A stretch of DNA of 63,120 nucleotides, counting the filler, from Globobulimina sp. (Eukaryota), in assembly GCA_003354225.1 (NCBI GenBank). It is 32 parts of 32 records of this genome, joined end to end, with 100 filler letters (N's around TTAATTAATTAA, not from the genome) between each part and the next. Parts side by side here need not be neighbours in the genome. Positions count along the whole stretch, not along the records: positions 35,580 to 37,454 come from PIVH01011003.1; positions 37,555 to 39,429 come from PIVH01011004.1; positions 39,530 to 41,404 come from PIVH01011005.1; positions 41,505 to 43,379 come from PIVH01011006.1; positions 43,480 to 45,354 come from PIVH01011007.1; positions 45,455 to 47,328 come from PIVH01011008.1; positions 47,429 to 49,302 come from PIVH01011009.1; 25 more parts are not named here. The stretch is one strand, 5' to 3'. The position numbers and the translations under genes are program-made. Of this stretch, positions 35,580 to 47,520 are shown piece after piece. Position 1 is the first letter of the stretch. Each line of letters begins with the position of its first letter. The notes beneath the pieces are model-generated. The model made no database searches. It was not told where the DNA came from and worked only from the letters and a program-made list of their open reading frames with translations.

Positions 35580-36582
35580 AATAATGCATTCATACTTGGT
35601 CCAGTAAAAAATGAGATCGATATCCTTTTCTTTGTTCCGCATACAATCACCCGATGCTTGGATGCTGTCCACCGGCGATATGTCCAATGCATCACCGCAT
35701 CGCCAGCAATAACCAAAAATGAATTGGGTTTATATGGAACATCTGTCCATTTATTATTTATAAATACTTGTAATCCACAAACCTGGTCAGCGAATAATAA
35801 ATTAAACCCCAAAAAATCAGTATGTGCCCCTAAACGTACAGCATTCTGTATTTTTGTGTGAAAATTAATATATTTGTGTTGCATTGAAACGTACATCATA
35901 CATTGGTGGTGTTCGCCATATCTGAAAGATCAAAATAATAATTGAATCGTACATCTCTGAATGGGGTATCTTTCATTTTTTGCATTGTTTCCATTTCAAA
36001 ATAATTTTGTGGTAAATCCAAGGCATACGACGCTAAATAATTCACCCGAGACAACAAAACGCTTAATTCCTTGATATAATTTTTTAATACATTATTTCTA
36101 CTAAATTCCGCAGGTATTTCTGACCATTTTGGATTGGTTAAAAACCACTGATATCCTGAACTTCTAATATCATAACTTTCAACCAAATCGCTTAAACCTC
36201 CATACCCATATTCATCATCTATCTCAATTTTATTACTTTGAAGGCCATACGGCATATATCCAGTGGACCCAAATTTACCTTTGTGATATTTCATTTTGAT
36301 ATCATTTGAATTCATGAAAAAGTCATTTGTTGCATTATATAATGATTGTAATGCATTCTCATTGCAGCCATGCTCTGTTAAATGTATGAATCCATGATCT
36401 TGCATTGCTTTGTCAAATCTCTCTGCAATTGAATTTTGGACAGCTTCATCTCCACGCAAAAAGGCACCTAAATCAATTGCGTCAAACACTGTTTCTCCAG
36501 CAACTGTTGATTCGCACTCTTCATCACATATTGTTATTATAAAACCAAACAAAATACCAAATATAAGGATTACATACAGCAT
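35580..36582 (-). CDS. 2OG-Fe(II) dioxygenase (IPNS/DIOX_N family) with signal peptide, 3' partial (intron 35846..35901)
   Basis: IDL..FL, DHGFIHLTEHG, RFNYY, GAHTDF, GLQV, SKHRV..RISISFF. Confidence 0.92.
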
Positions 36583-36630
36583 ATTATCTCTAGTTTACTT
36601 TAAGACACTCAAAAATATCTTACTAGTGAA

Positions 36631-37454
36631 ATGAAACATCTGTCAACACTAAACCTGCTCCAGATACACAAACGATTCTTCACAAACAGCAAATTCCGAC
36701 CTTATCAATACACAATAAATCATAAATTTCTTCATTCAGGATTGACATCACATCAACATGCATGGTTTTGGGGAATGTTATTATCAGACGGTTGTATCCC
36801 GAAACCATCCGCTGGAAAGCATAGATCAATTCGATGGGCTTTAAAATACAATGACGTCGCTGTTTTACAACGTTTACGTGATATTATTCAATCAACTCAT
36901 CCTATCACATTAGATGCACACAAATATGGCAATCATCCACACTGTTTTTTGGAATTACACTCTAAAGAGTTAGCAGAAGATGCTATAAAAATATTAGATT
37001 GTAATCAATCAAAAAAATCATTTGATTTAAGCTTTCCTCATACAATGGATAAAGTATTAATGCCATCTCTGATCAGGGGAATAGCAGATGGTGATGGCTG
37101 TTGGGGCGTACAAGCATCTGCAGGAACTATGGTATTCTGTATATCGTCAGCAAATAAGGAATTTTTGCAATCTATTCAAAAAGTTATTCAACGTGAATGT
37201 TTAAACTCAAAAATTGACAAAGTATCTGGGGGAATATATGGGAGACCCAATGAAAACTGCTTTGATTTGAGGTACTGTGTGCAATCAGATGTGAATAGTA
37301 TTGGTGAATGGTTGTACCAAGAACCTCATATCTCCAATGGATTGATGATGAGGAGAAAATATAATAGATTCAAGTTCTTCCAATCTATATTCATTGAGGA
37401 AACATTGAAGCCAGCTGAAAGAAGTAGTTATATGCGTCAGTATGTAATGAAAGA
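36631..37454 (+). CDS. Two-motif LAGLIDADG endonuclease-like protein with presequence-like N-terminus, 3' partial
   Basis: HAWFWGMLLSDGCI and PSLIRGIADGDGCW, plus KS..L.FP, SANKEFL and WLY...RKY, typical of free-standing bacterial/phage LAGLIDADG proteins. Confidence 0.88.
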
Positions 37455-37925
37455 NNNNNNNNNNNNNNNNNNNNNNNNNNNNNNNNNNNNNNNNNNNNTT
37501 AATTAATTAANNNNNNNNNNNNNNNNNNNNNNNNNNNNNNNNNNNNNNNNNNNNGAAAAATAAAAATGGTACTGAATATAATCAATTCATTGTCAAACAA
37601 TTTGGTGGAGAATATGTGTCGAAATTAGAATTGAGACAGTTGTTGGAATATGGTCAAAAAACGCATAATGTATATTTTGATGCTGCACAGCAGACATTTC
37701 ATATTCAACAAGTAAATTTTAAGTATGTGGATAACATTTTAAAAATATTGCAGCGAGATTTTATTGAAAAGAAAAAAGTTTTGCGTGCATTGGAAAAAAT
37801 CAAAGTAAAGAAACAGAAGGAAAAGGCACAGTGTAATGATAAAGTTTAATGGACTTTGTCATAATAATTCATTAATTAATTAATTAATAAATAAATAAAT
37901 GTTTTTGTTGTGCTGTTTTTTATGA

Positions 37926-39429
37926 ATGTCAGTTAAAATGAGGACTTGGTTAGCAAAAGCAAAAGGTTTAGGTAAAGGTGATAATAATCCCTTACTTAAC
38001 GAGGAAGAGAAGATCCAACCAAATAATGATGATGAAAATCCATGGGGCACCTTAAACACCGAAAATAAATACGATGAGAATAACAATAATAATATTAAGC
38101 TCACTGATAATATCAATGATATCCAACAATCGCAACCATCATCCATCAAATCTAAAAAAAAAACTAAAACCTCGAAAAAACAACACAACAACGACAATTA
38201 TCAACAACTTAACTCTGATTTTACATCCTTACAATTCCATGATGCAAACTCCATAAATAACAACAACAACAACATACCATATCTAGTCCCACCCGCTCGT
38301 GAATCCGCAGTAGTGGCTTTAAAAGCCTTTCCATCACCCTTTAAAAACCCTAAACAGCAGGACAAGACCAGTTAATTTATTTACTTTTACACATAACAAT
38401 GACAAACACAACAAATAATAAACAAATGCAACAGAATTTTATATCCATTTAAACGAAGACTTATTCTTATATTGCTTATCATTTTTGAACAATGGAGATC
38501 TAACCATCACATCCGTAGTATGCACGAAATGGAAACAATGCTCATATGAACCAATTTTATGGCGCAGACTCAACTTATCCTCATACAGCGAGGGTTCGCA
38601 TGATTACTTATTGAAACACATCCTAATCAACGACAAATGCAACCGATTCAATCACGTTTTACAGATAAATTTAGAAAATTGCAGTGCATTAACGGACCAA
38701 TCATTGATTTTCATTACCAGCAAATGTCCATATTTACGGATATTAAAACTAACAAATTGTTATCGACTATCTCCAAAAACGATATATTTCACTGTACAAA
38801 AATTACAATACCTGCACAAGTTGGAACTATATGGCGTTATATCCACACATAACAAATATTATCACATTCAACAGTTGCAGCAATTAACTTTCTTTTTGAA
38901 CGAATTAGGGATCGAACCCGGTCATATCAGTGCTGCCACAGCGCCGCCACTACAAAACCAACCCAATCAGAATCAGGCGCAAAATGCGGATGACAACGAG
39001 GAGAATGTGGACGACCCCGCCATGCGCAATGCGCAAAATGTAGCAAACGAAGGGGATGATGCCAATGTGGCCAATAATCCGGCAGCGCCAGCCAATAATG
39101 TACAGAATGAAGCCAATATGATTGACAATCAGCCCTCGTTAAACAACCGCATACAGCGCGTGCGGTTAATGATATGTTTGGCGAAAGCGATTAAAAACTG
39201 CAGGCCATGGATGGATTTGGGTTTGTTTTGGAATCAGATCCTGTCCATGGTCGGAAGGAACGATCCGTTGATGGTATTATCCCAACACAAATATGAGATA
39301 TTGTACAACACTCAAACTGAAATGAGCAACAATTTGCATTTAACATCGCTGTTCAATCTACAACGGAAAGAAGAATTTAATGGCACTCGTTATATGACGG
39401 TGCATGAATATAAATTGTATATGGTTCGG
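37926..39429 (+). CDS. F-box/LRR (FBXL-like) protein, 3' partial (intron 38371..38434)
   Basis: LNEDLFLYCLSFL..SVVCTKWKQ..LWRRLNL F-box and INLENCSALTDQSL..CPYLRILKLTNC LRRs. Confidence 0.85.
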
Positions 39430-39529
39430 NNNNNNNNNNNNNNNNNNNNNNNNNNNNNNNNNNNNNNNNNNNNTTAATTAATTAANNNNNNNNNNNNNNN
39501 NNNNNNNNNNNNNNNNNNNNNNNNNNNNN

Positions 39530-39890
39530 AACAAATAAATCCTATAAACATTATATATAGTAATTGTTCAAAAACATTAATATCGATATCAATATTAAAC
39601 AAATAACAACAATTTTGAAGTCCGTTTAATATCTGATATCTGAAACACATGCACATATTTTCTATTTTATATAAGGATTTCGGTGTAAAATCAAATGGTG
39701 AACTCAGTCTTGGGGAATCTGGTAAGTACGGCGTCTTTGTAAAGTTCTTCGTGTTTAACATTGTATAGTCCACTATAACGTTGACTGCATTTGTTTCCAA
39801 TAAAGCCAACTTCTCCAATTGCATTGGTTTGTCATTTGTTGAAGGCATATAACTTGAGCTGGAATTAATTGAATCATCATTTTGTGACAT
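39530..39890 (-). CDS. Hypothetical membrane protein, N-terminal part
   Basis: ATG at 39890. The frame runs into the spacer at a hydrophobic segment. Confidence 0.45.
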
Positions 39891-39941
39891 GGTCAACTAA
39901 CTGGAAATTGTTATATATTAAAACAATTGATCTTCATCAAA

Positions 39942-41404
39942 ATGCAATTAACACCCCGATTCAGCTGGATTCAGAATGATGATTCTGTCGAGCTTACAAT
40001 TGAAATGTATGGAATCGATAAGAAAATGCTCAAACATTTCGTTCAAAGTTTTGTTAATTTACATTATTAACATATTATACAACAAAAAAGTTAAATGAAA
40101 ATACAGTAACGCCGATATTTTTTAGTCTAAATATTTCGCCATATTTGCTTCAAATCGATTTTGAAAATGAAATTGATCCATATCATATTAAAGTGATTAT
40201 TCTGAACAAAAAAGAAACGACATTTATTTTTCCAAAAAAAATAGAAAAGCGGAAATGGAATCAACTGGTTACGATCAAAGACAACGCCATAAAATTAAAA
40301 GAGAGACAAGAATCAATTGATAAATTATATAGCAAACAACAAGAAATCAGAGAAAGACGACAAAAGGGAAAGAAACTACGAGTTACAATGCATTGATTAT
40401 ATTTTCAACAACGATTTTGTTTAATATGTTTTGTTCAGTTTAAAGCAGCACAACAGAGACAATGGAATGAACAAAAGTACATAAAACAAATAATAAACAA
40501 ATTAGAAAATGACGAAAAACACACATCCAAAGTTAATATTGCGTTTTTCCGAAATGAAACAAAACCAAATAACATATAACTGTAAAAGAACGAACTAAAA
40601 CAATGGATTGAGTCGAAACATGCTGTTAAAAACAAAGAAAAGGAACAAGACAAAGACACAGATGTAAAAACAATGGATATTCGTAAGTCGAATGTGATCG
40701 AAGTAGGCTTTTCCGAATGGGATTATATTACTCCGCTTAGACAAAATACAAAACCGCCCGAATTTGCAAGAAAAACATTAATTAACAAATCTGAAAAACG
40801 TAAGATTTCTTCGGAAATTAAACCAATTTCTGAAATTACGCCGGTTTTTTTATGTGATAAAGGAATGAAATATTTTCTAAATAAAGATTATGAATCAGCG
40901 ATAAATGCATTTGATGAAGCAATAAATTTGGATGTTGATTATCTTGACGCGTATTGTAATAAATTTCAATGTTATATACAAATAATGATTGCAGAAAAAG
41001 ACAAAAATAATACAAATATTGATGATTTATTTGCGAGCATTGATAAAATTGAATCTATTGTAGCATCATTACAAGATAAACATACTGAAAATATTATTAA
41101 TGAATCAATATCAAATAATAATAATAAATATGATATGGTAAATAGGATTATTTTATTACAAAAAGGAATTATTCATACTTTGGTTTTTTTGCACAAACTA
41201 AAACATAAAGATGTTGTTTTTGATGATTCATTAATTTTTATTCGAATGACATTGGAAAAAGGAATAAAATTATTTGAAATAAATAAAAAAATGAATAATT
41301 TCGGAAATAATAATTTCGGTTTATTTAAAAATGCGCAAATTATGGAAAACACCTATAAAATATCAAGAAAATGTGTAAATATTAATCAGATTATAACAAT
41401 GAAA
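39942..41404 (+). CDS. DNAAF4: Dynein axonemal assembly factor 4 (DYX1C1), 3 introns, 3' partial
   Basis: Spliced CS domain MQLTPRFSWIQNDDSVELTI..LNISPYLLQIDF, RKSNVIEVGFS..TPLRQ, and TPR PVFLCDKGMKYF..YESAINAF. Introns at 40048..40106, ~40382..40438 and ~40532..40588. Confidence 0.82.
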
Positions 41405-42024
41405 NNNNNNNNNNNNNNNNNNNNNNNNNNNNNNNNNNNNNNNNNNNNTTAATTAATTAANNNNNNNNNNNNNNNNNNNNNNNNNNNNNNNNNNNNNNNN
41501 NNNNAGTTAAAAAAAATATTTCCCTCACAATCAATATTAAAAAAAAATAAGAATGAAAAATTAATGAAACACAGACAAAGTAAATTAAATCAGTATTTTG
41601 AAACATTGATACAATTTGCAAATAAAAATAAACAAGATATAAATGATAAAATGAGTATAAAAATGAATATAATGACAACATTGACAGGTTATTTCATAAA
41701 ATAAACAGTTAAATTAGAAATAAATTAACATATTCTCTCTTTCCATCTTTCCTTCTTTTTTCAGAACAATTAATATTTGATTGCTTTTAGTAATTTACAT
41801 AAATTAATTTTATAGTTTTAAAGATTTAATTTTATTTTGTTTGTTGATATGATTTATGCAAAGAAAATTTGCATTGGGTTTGTATTCACTTCACAAACCC
41901 AATGCAAACTTTATATCGATCGATATGTATACAAGGGGAGGGGGTATGTATCAAAACTCATATCGTTATCGTTAACCTTAACTTGAAATCGACACGTTTT
42001 CCTGCATACTATACATTTTTGACA

Positions 42025-43335
42025 ATGTCAGAGCAAGAACCACCACCCGCATATCAAGAAACACAACAAACAGAAGACGGGCCACCAACAGACGGGCCAG
42101 ACGCCAACACACAAAAAGAGCGTCCCCCAGATGAGCCAGCACCGGATGGCGAAGGTGTATTAGCCTCTCCCTTAAGACGCATGATGTGTCTTGGCGTCAT
42201 CTTATTATTATATTACATCTTATCATTTTGGCAGCCCGTCTATTGGTTGGCAGCCGCAGCAAATTATTGCAATTATATGTGTAATAATTATACCTCTACA
42301 TATGGCGGTTGTTACGAAACCACAGTAGCAACCTGCGAAGCTACCTGCGATGCACAGTGCGATGTAATATCAAACTCAGACGCACTCAAAGACGCATTGG
42401 ACACAATGTATGAAAATGCCTTCAGTGCCTCCGGAAGAGCGGTCCGATTGGCTGCCTTTGCTATGATTGTATTAGGTTTCATAGCGGCAGCCATCGGTAT
42501 TATTTTAGGCTATTTTGCCGTTAAAAAAGGCAAACAATGTATGTCTAAAGTCAGCTGTGCTTTATTAGGACTCGGCGGTTTAATGTCCATTCTCGGAGCC
42601 ATCATATTTTTAGCCACATGGCACGAAGACATTGACTTTGAAGAAACTTTAGCTGCCATCCAAATTATGGTGTTTATTGAGTATTTATTGCCCGGTATCT
42701 GTGCTATTATTTTAGCGATCGATGTGTGGAATGCGTTGATATTCAACGAGGCCAAGAAACGCATGCTTGCCTTGACTGTGCCCTTTGCGGTGTTTGGGTT
42801 AATGGGCGGCTGTTTGTATGCGTATATTATTAATTTGGAGCCAGATCCACCGTACAATATCGGGTACGAATTTCCATTGTATGGTGAATGCGGATGCATT
42901 GCGGCGGGCTATTTTATATTGGGATTGATGAGTGTTGCGCAGATAGTGATCGCCGGCGAGTTTGTACAGGTTGATGGTCCGCAGAGTGTAGTGATGAAGT
43001 TTGTGATTAGTATATTGATGTTTATTGGTGCGTTTATTACAGCGGTTGGGTATTGGGCTATGATTAATGGTATATTCGATTGTGAGTATGATATATTGAG
43101 CGGTGTGTATGTCTGTGAAGGATTGGGTCTGTTGTATGGAATTACGGGCGATATGGTTGGGCCATCGGTTGGTGCAACATATGCTGTGTCGTATGAGTCG
43201 CAGTTTAAATGTTATTATGTGTCGTATACGTTTTTTATTTTATTAATTACTGCTTTAAATGTGTATGACATGGATATTGTTGGCAATTATGCGAAAGTTA
43301 GGCTTGCCCAAAAAGCGGCTAGTGCTGCGGCATAA
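42025..43335 (+). CDS. Intronless multi-pass membrane protein with N-terminal PPAY motif and Cys-rich extracellular loop
   Basis: About 8 hydrophobic helices. EPPPAY matches PPxY. Confidence 0.75.
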   Translation: MSEQEPPPAYQETQQTEDGPPTDGPDANTQKERPPDEPAPDGEGVLASPLRRMMCLGVILLLYYILSFWQPVYWLAAAANYCNYMCNNYTSTYGGCYETTVATCEATCDAQCDVISNSDALKDALDTMYENAFSASGRAVRLAAFAMIVLGFIAAAIGIILGYFAVKKGKQCMSKVSCALLGLGGLMSILGAIIFLATWHEDIDFEETLAAIQIMVFIEYLLPGICAIILAIDVWNALIFNEAKKRMLALTVPFAVFGLMGGCLYAYIINLEPDPPYNIGYEFPLYGECGCIAAGYFILGLMSVAQIVIAGEFVQVDGPQSVVMKFVISILMFIGAFITAVGYWAMINGIFDCEYDILSGVYVCEGLGLLYGITGDMVGPSVGATYAVSYESQFKCYYVSYTFFILLITALNVYDMDIVGNYAKVRLAQKAASAAA

Positions 43336-43479
43336 ATTATATTGAAAATAAAGGCATTTGACATCTTTTTTGTGTGATTNNNNNNNNNNNNNNNNNNNNN
43401 NNNNNNNNNNNNNNNNNNNNNNNTTAATTAATTAANNNNNNNNNNNNNNNNNNNNNNNNNNNNNNNNNNNNNNNNNNNN

Positions 43480-43762
43480 GATATTTATTTGAGATATTTT
43501 TAAATCGATTTTTGCAAAGCATCTTCCATAAAAAATTAGTTGCACCATATTCAATATGAAACAATTTATTGAAATATTTATCTGTCAATTTCATTTTATT
43601 CATTTCTGTTGGTTTATCATACAATAAAAATAACATTATTTTTTGAAATGTTGTTGCTGGAATGTCATATATTGTTGGTGCTACCCATGTGTCCTCGTCT
43701 TCTTCTTTAGTTTCATGTTCCTTTGAAATCAATGCATTTAATTTAGCAAACAACTTTGCCAT
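43480..43762 (-). CDS. F-box-like protein N-terminus, 3' partial
   Basis: IYDIPATTFQKIMLFL...LWKMLCKNRF. Confidence 0.5.
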
Positions 43763-44005
43763 TCTTTCGTATTTGACAATTAAAAAACTTAAACTCTATG
43801 CATTTTAGGGACTGACCAAAAACTCTATGCATTTCGCAATTAATTCATATTATTCTGTATGAAGCAAACATATAATATGGCCATAATCATTCAAAAATAA
43901 TTCACTGCAGCTGATCAATGATATCGATTATAATTACGGAGATTCGGACAATTGAACACCGACATATTTTACTGATTGCAAACCCATAAACGATTGAAAT
44001 TAAAA

Positions 44006-45076
44006 ATGTCATCTCGTTTATTGCAACCACCAACAAAACAACCAACTATAAAATGGGTCAATCGGTTAAGACAACCACCGACAAAACGACCCAATATTAA
44101 TACTATGCCAAATGATATTTATTCCTCCAATGGAGGAAACGATCACAAATTGCATTTTACGTTTGATGACGGTCCAAATGAGATAACAACACCGATTCTA
44201 TTAGATTTTTTAGAGAGAAACGATATCTATGCAACATTTTTTTTAGTTGGTGTCAATTTACAAAATCCGAAAAGTATAGAATTATTAAAATTAATTCAAT
44301 CCAAAGGTCATATGATTGGTTCCCATACCTTTCAACACATGGATATGTCGAGCAAACCGGATGGCGAAATAATAGATAGTTTGGATAAGGTGGAGAAAAT
44401 CCTATGTCAAGCAACCGGAAAAAGACCATATTTGATGCGTGCGCCATATGGTAATATTAATGCACATATTCATAAATTATTGCAAGAAAGGGAATATTTA
44501 CATGTTCGATGGGACATTGATTCAAGAGATTGGGCCTTAAAAGGGAATGAGCAACAAATTATAATGAATGTCGATAGGAGTATTGATAGAGGAGGTATTG
44601 TATTGATGCATGAACATAAATGGACCACTGAAATACAACCAATTTTAATCAAGAAATTGTTAGAAGATGGAGCAAAAATTGTGCCTATCACTAATTTTTT
44701 AACTGGATCGCAAAAGGAATGGTTATGTGGAAAATATGAATGTGAAAATGAAATGAATGATGAAACTTCAATGTTTTATAGAATGTGCAAATTCAATTTG
44801 CAGTGTGATTATGGTGATTCTGAATTTAATGATTTAAACAAATTGGAAAAAAGCATTACGGCATTTAGAAGACGATCAGTGCCTTTTTTTTATAGTGACA
44901 TGCAATCGGATTTTAAACGAGAATCAGAGGATCGACAAACTGTATCGACGTCTACAAAGAACATGATGGTTTTTGCAACATTTGGTGTTTTGTGTTTGTT
45001 GTTGTATTGTGCGTATAGACTACAACGCAGATTGAAAAGAAATAAAGCTGCTTATAATGCTAAATGGAATGTTTAA
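44006..45076 (+). CDS. Polysaccharide (chitin/peptidoglycan-type, CE4/NodB) deacetylase with C-terminal TM
   Basis: TFDDGP, ATFFLVG, GSHTFQH, RAPYG, WDIDSRDW, IVLMHE. The true start may lie upstream. Confidence 0.92.
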   Translation: MSSRLLQPPTKQPTIKWVNRLRQPPTKRPNINTMPNDIYSSNGGNDHKLHFTFDDGPNEITTPILLDFLERNDIYATFFLVGVNLQNPKSIELLKLIQSKGHMIGSHTFQHMDMSSKPDGEIIDSLDKVEKILCQATGKRPYLMRAPYGNINAHIHKLLQEREYLHVRWDIDSRDWALKGNEQQIIMNVDRSIDRGGIVLMHEHKWTTEIQPILIKKLLEDGAKIVPITNFLTGSQKEWLCGKYECENEMNDETSMFYRMCKFNLQCDYGDSEFNDLNKLEKSITAFRRRSVPFFYSDMQSDFKRESEDRQTVSTSTKNMMVFATFGVLCLLLYCAYRLQRRLKRNKAAYNAKWNV

Positions 45077-45454
45077 TTTATTTTTCATTTTTATTTGATC
45101 GAATTGTGCGCTTGAAATTGAAGAGTTAATTAAATTGGGTATCTCAAATCTTTTTTTTTGAGTGATCTTGTCAATGACTAGAATCGTGACTAGATTAAAT
45201 GCCATATTTCAGGGTAGTTTCGTGTACACAAAAAAAAATAAAGAAAGTTCACATTTTTGTAGTTTCCTGGATGGTATACAAACATGTTCAGATATATGAC
45301 AAAACAAGACGTTGAATGTATATTTGTTTGTTAGGGAATATTATACAAGAGAAANNNNNNNNNNNNNNNNNNNNNNNNNNNNNNNNNNNNNNNNNNNNTT
45401 AATTAATTAANNNNNNNNNNNNNNNNNNNNNNNNNNNNNNNNNNNNNNNNNNNN

Positions 45455-47328
45455 GCTGGCCTTGGTAACCATTTTTGATATAATTTGACTGAACTGTTTG
45501 AGCATTAAGTTAGAACTCAAAACAACCAAGTTTTAATTAATGAATTTGGAAAAATATGGCTCAATATGGTTGTCACTCCATTTTCTGCAAAAATTCTCCA
45601 TACTGAATCGGAGGGAAATCCGTTACCATGTTACCATACATGTTACACTGGTTACTTTTAAAATTACCATTAAAAAGAATTAAATCCCTTACCAATTTCT
45701 TTGTACACAGTTACAACAATTTTCATAATCTATTCTACCATAAGACAACAGTTTCCCATTTCCATTTTTATTTTCAATGCCAGGTCATCATATTACAAAA
45801 ATTTTCTACTGCCTAACTACTTTGTCTTTTATCCCTGGTCTTCCTTCTTTACTCCTGTGCTTCTAAAATACAAGTTCATTAATATACATAATTTTCTCCA
45901 TTTGCTCTCCGGAAACAGCCATATTATAGAGGAATTTTAACCATGACGGGTTACGGTAGCAAACGGACGCATTACAACAACAGCCGATAATTACTGTCTC
46001 AAACAATTTCAGGTAAATGCCACATAAATACCAATCTAGAAAAAATTGAAAACTTCTGGCCAACCTTATTGATCCATTTCCACTTCGTAAATGCATCTAC
46101 CAACTTGTACCACGATACCTCCAATCAGTCTCGTCCAGATTAAACATTTAGTCGCATTCTCCCTGACCCATTCAATAACTCGTGACATAATTTTACCAGT
46201 ACACATTTTCTTCCTTTCTCCACGTCTCTCCTTTCCTTTCTTCCAACAATGACGGTCGTTATCTGGTCATCGGCACTTCACTCCACCCTTTGACGTCATC
46301 CTTTATCGTTTTTATCAGAAAAACACCTGATAATTGAGCAGTGACCGGTATACTGGGGGTCGCGTCGGAACAAACCAATAAATTTCAAGGCAAATTGTGA
46401 CTAACCCGAACATTCACTGCAATATGGCCATAGAGTAGCGTATGCGAATTTCTGTCCATTTCGCCCAGATTGATATTCCATTTTGATCCCTTTTGTCCTT
46501 TTCGCATCCATAAACATACCGCCATAATTTCAACAGACGCGGTTCTTTCTTGTCAATACCATATACAATCTCATGTCACCTCTAAACTGGACGAGTACTA
46601 TATTACAGTATCCCAGTACCGTAGTAAATTCCGTGGAAACATTAATTGGCCCATCATGTCCTAAATAAAAATTTGCGGGACCACCCCACAATATAATTTA
46701 CAATTGACAAATGCATGTACCTTCACAGTAGTATATGATCGAATTCCACATAATTTACAGTTACCAATATTTTCCAAATTTGAAACTTTAATTTGACGGC
46801 TCACAAACATTCCATACAGACGGGTTCACACATGTACACTTCCATATTTTGACCGTAATCAGGTTACCGCTATTATTGTTGACATTCTCATAATTGCATT
46901 ATTGTCTGTCATACCATTGTTGCCCCTTATTACTAATAATTACTGTCTTTGATCACTATTTAGGTCATTAATTCTATGATCGTAGAGTTCCATGGTCGTC
47001 AATCATTTGAAGCATAATATACAGGACTATGTACCAAGTTTGAAACCAAAACCAAAACGGGTTGACGATGTTGATGGTTTTTCCCCATTTCCCAAAGGTA
47101 CGCTGTAACTAGCCCCATAATATGGTCGTATAATATTTTCTCCTTGCTTGCCAACAATTGCTCCAAAAATCTCCATACAATCGAATTTGTTCACCAACTG
47201 TTACCAATCTTGCTCTGATCTTTATCCATTTTGACGGTAAGTAAAAATATTAATAGAACACCACTATCCCGCTAAGGCTAAGGAAAATGTTCCGTTAATA
47301 CAGTTGGCTGATAGTCGTCCTTCCTTCC
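45455..47328. mobile_element. Probable decayed retroelement or pseudogenic sequence
   Basis: Coding-like composition with no long ORF. FHFDP..P..ISTDA (from 46470) weakly recalls Ty3 RNase H. Confidence 0.2.
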
Positions 47329-47520
47329 NNNNNNNNNNNNNNNNNNNNNNNNNNNNNNNNNNNNNNNNNNNNTTAATTAATTAANNNNNNNNNNNNNNNN
47401 NNNNNNNNNNNNNNNNNNNNNNNNNNNNATTTCATGCAATTAGAAATTTGTTCTGACTTTGTTCTGAATTTGCAACGCCAGATATTGATAAATATATACA
47501 CAGTATAACAAAAATATGAT

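Noticed and set aside
38905-38925. tRNA T-arm-like GGGATCGAACCC
   Set aside because: Lies inside the F-box/LRR CDS with no cloverleaf.
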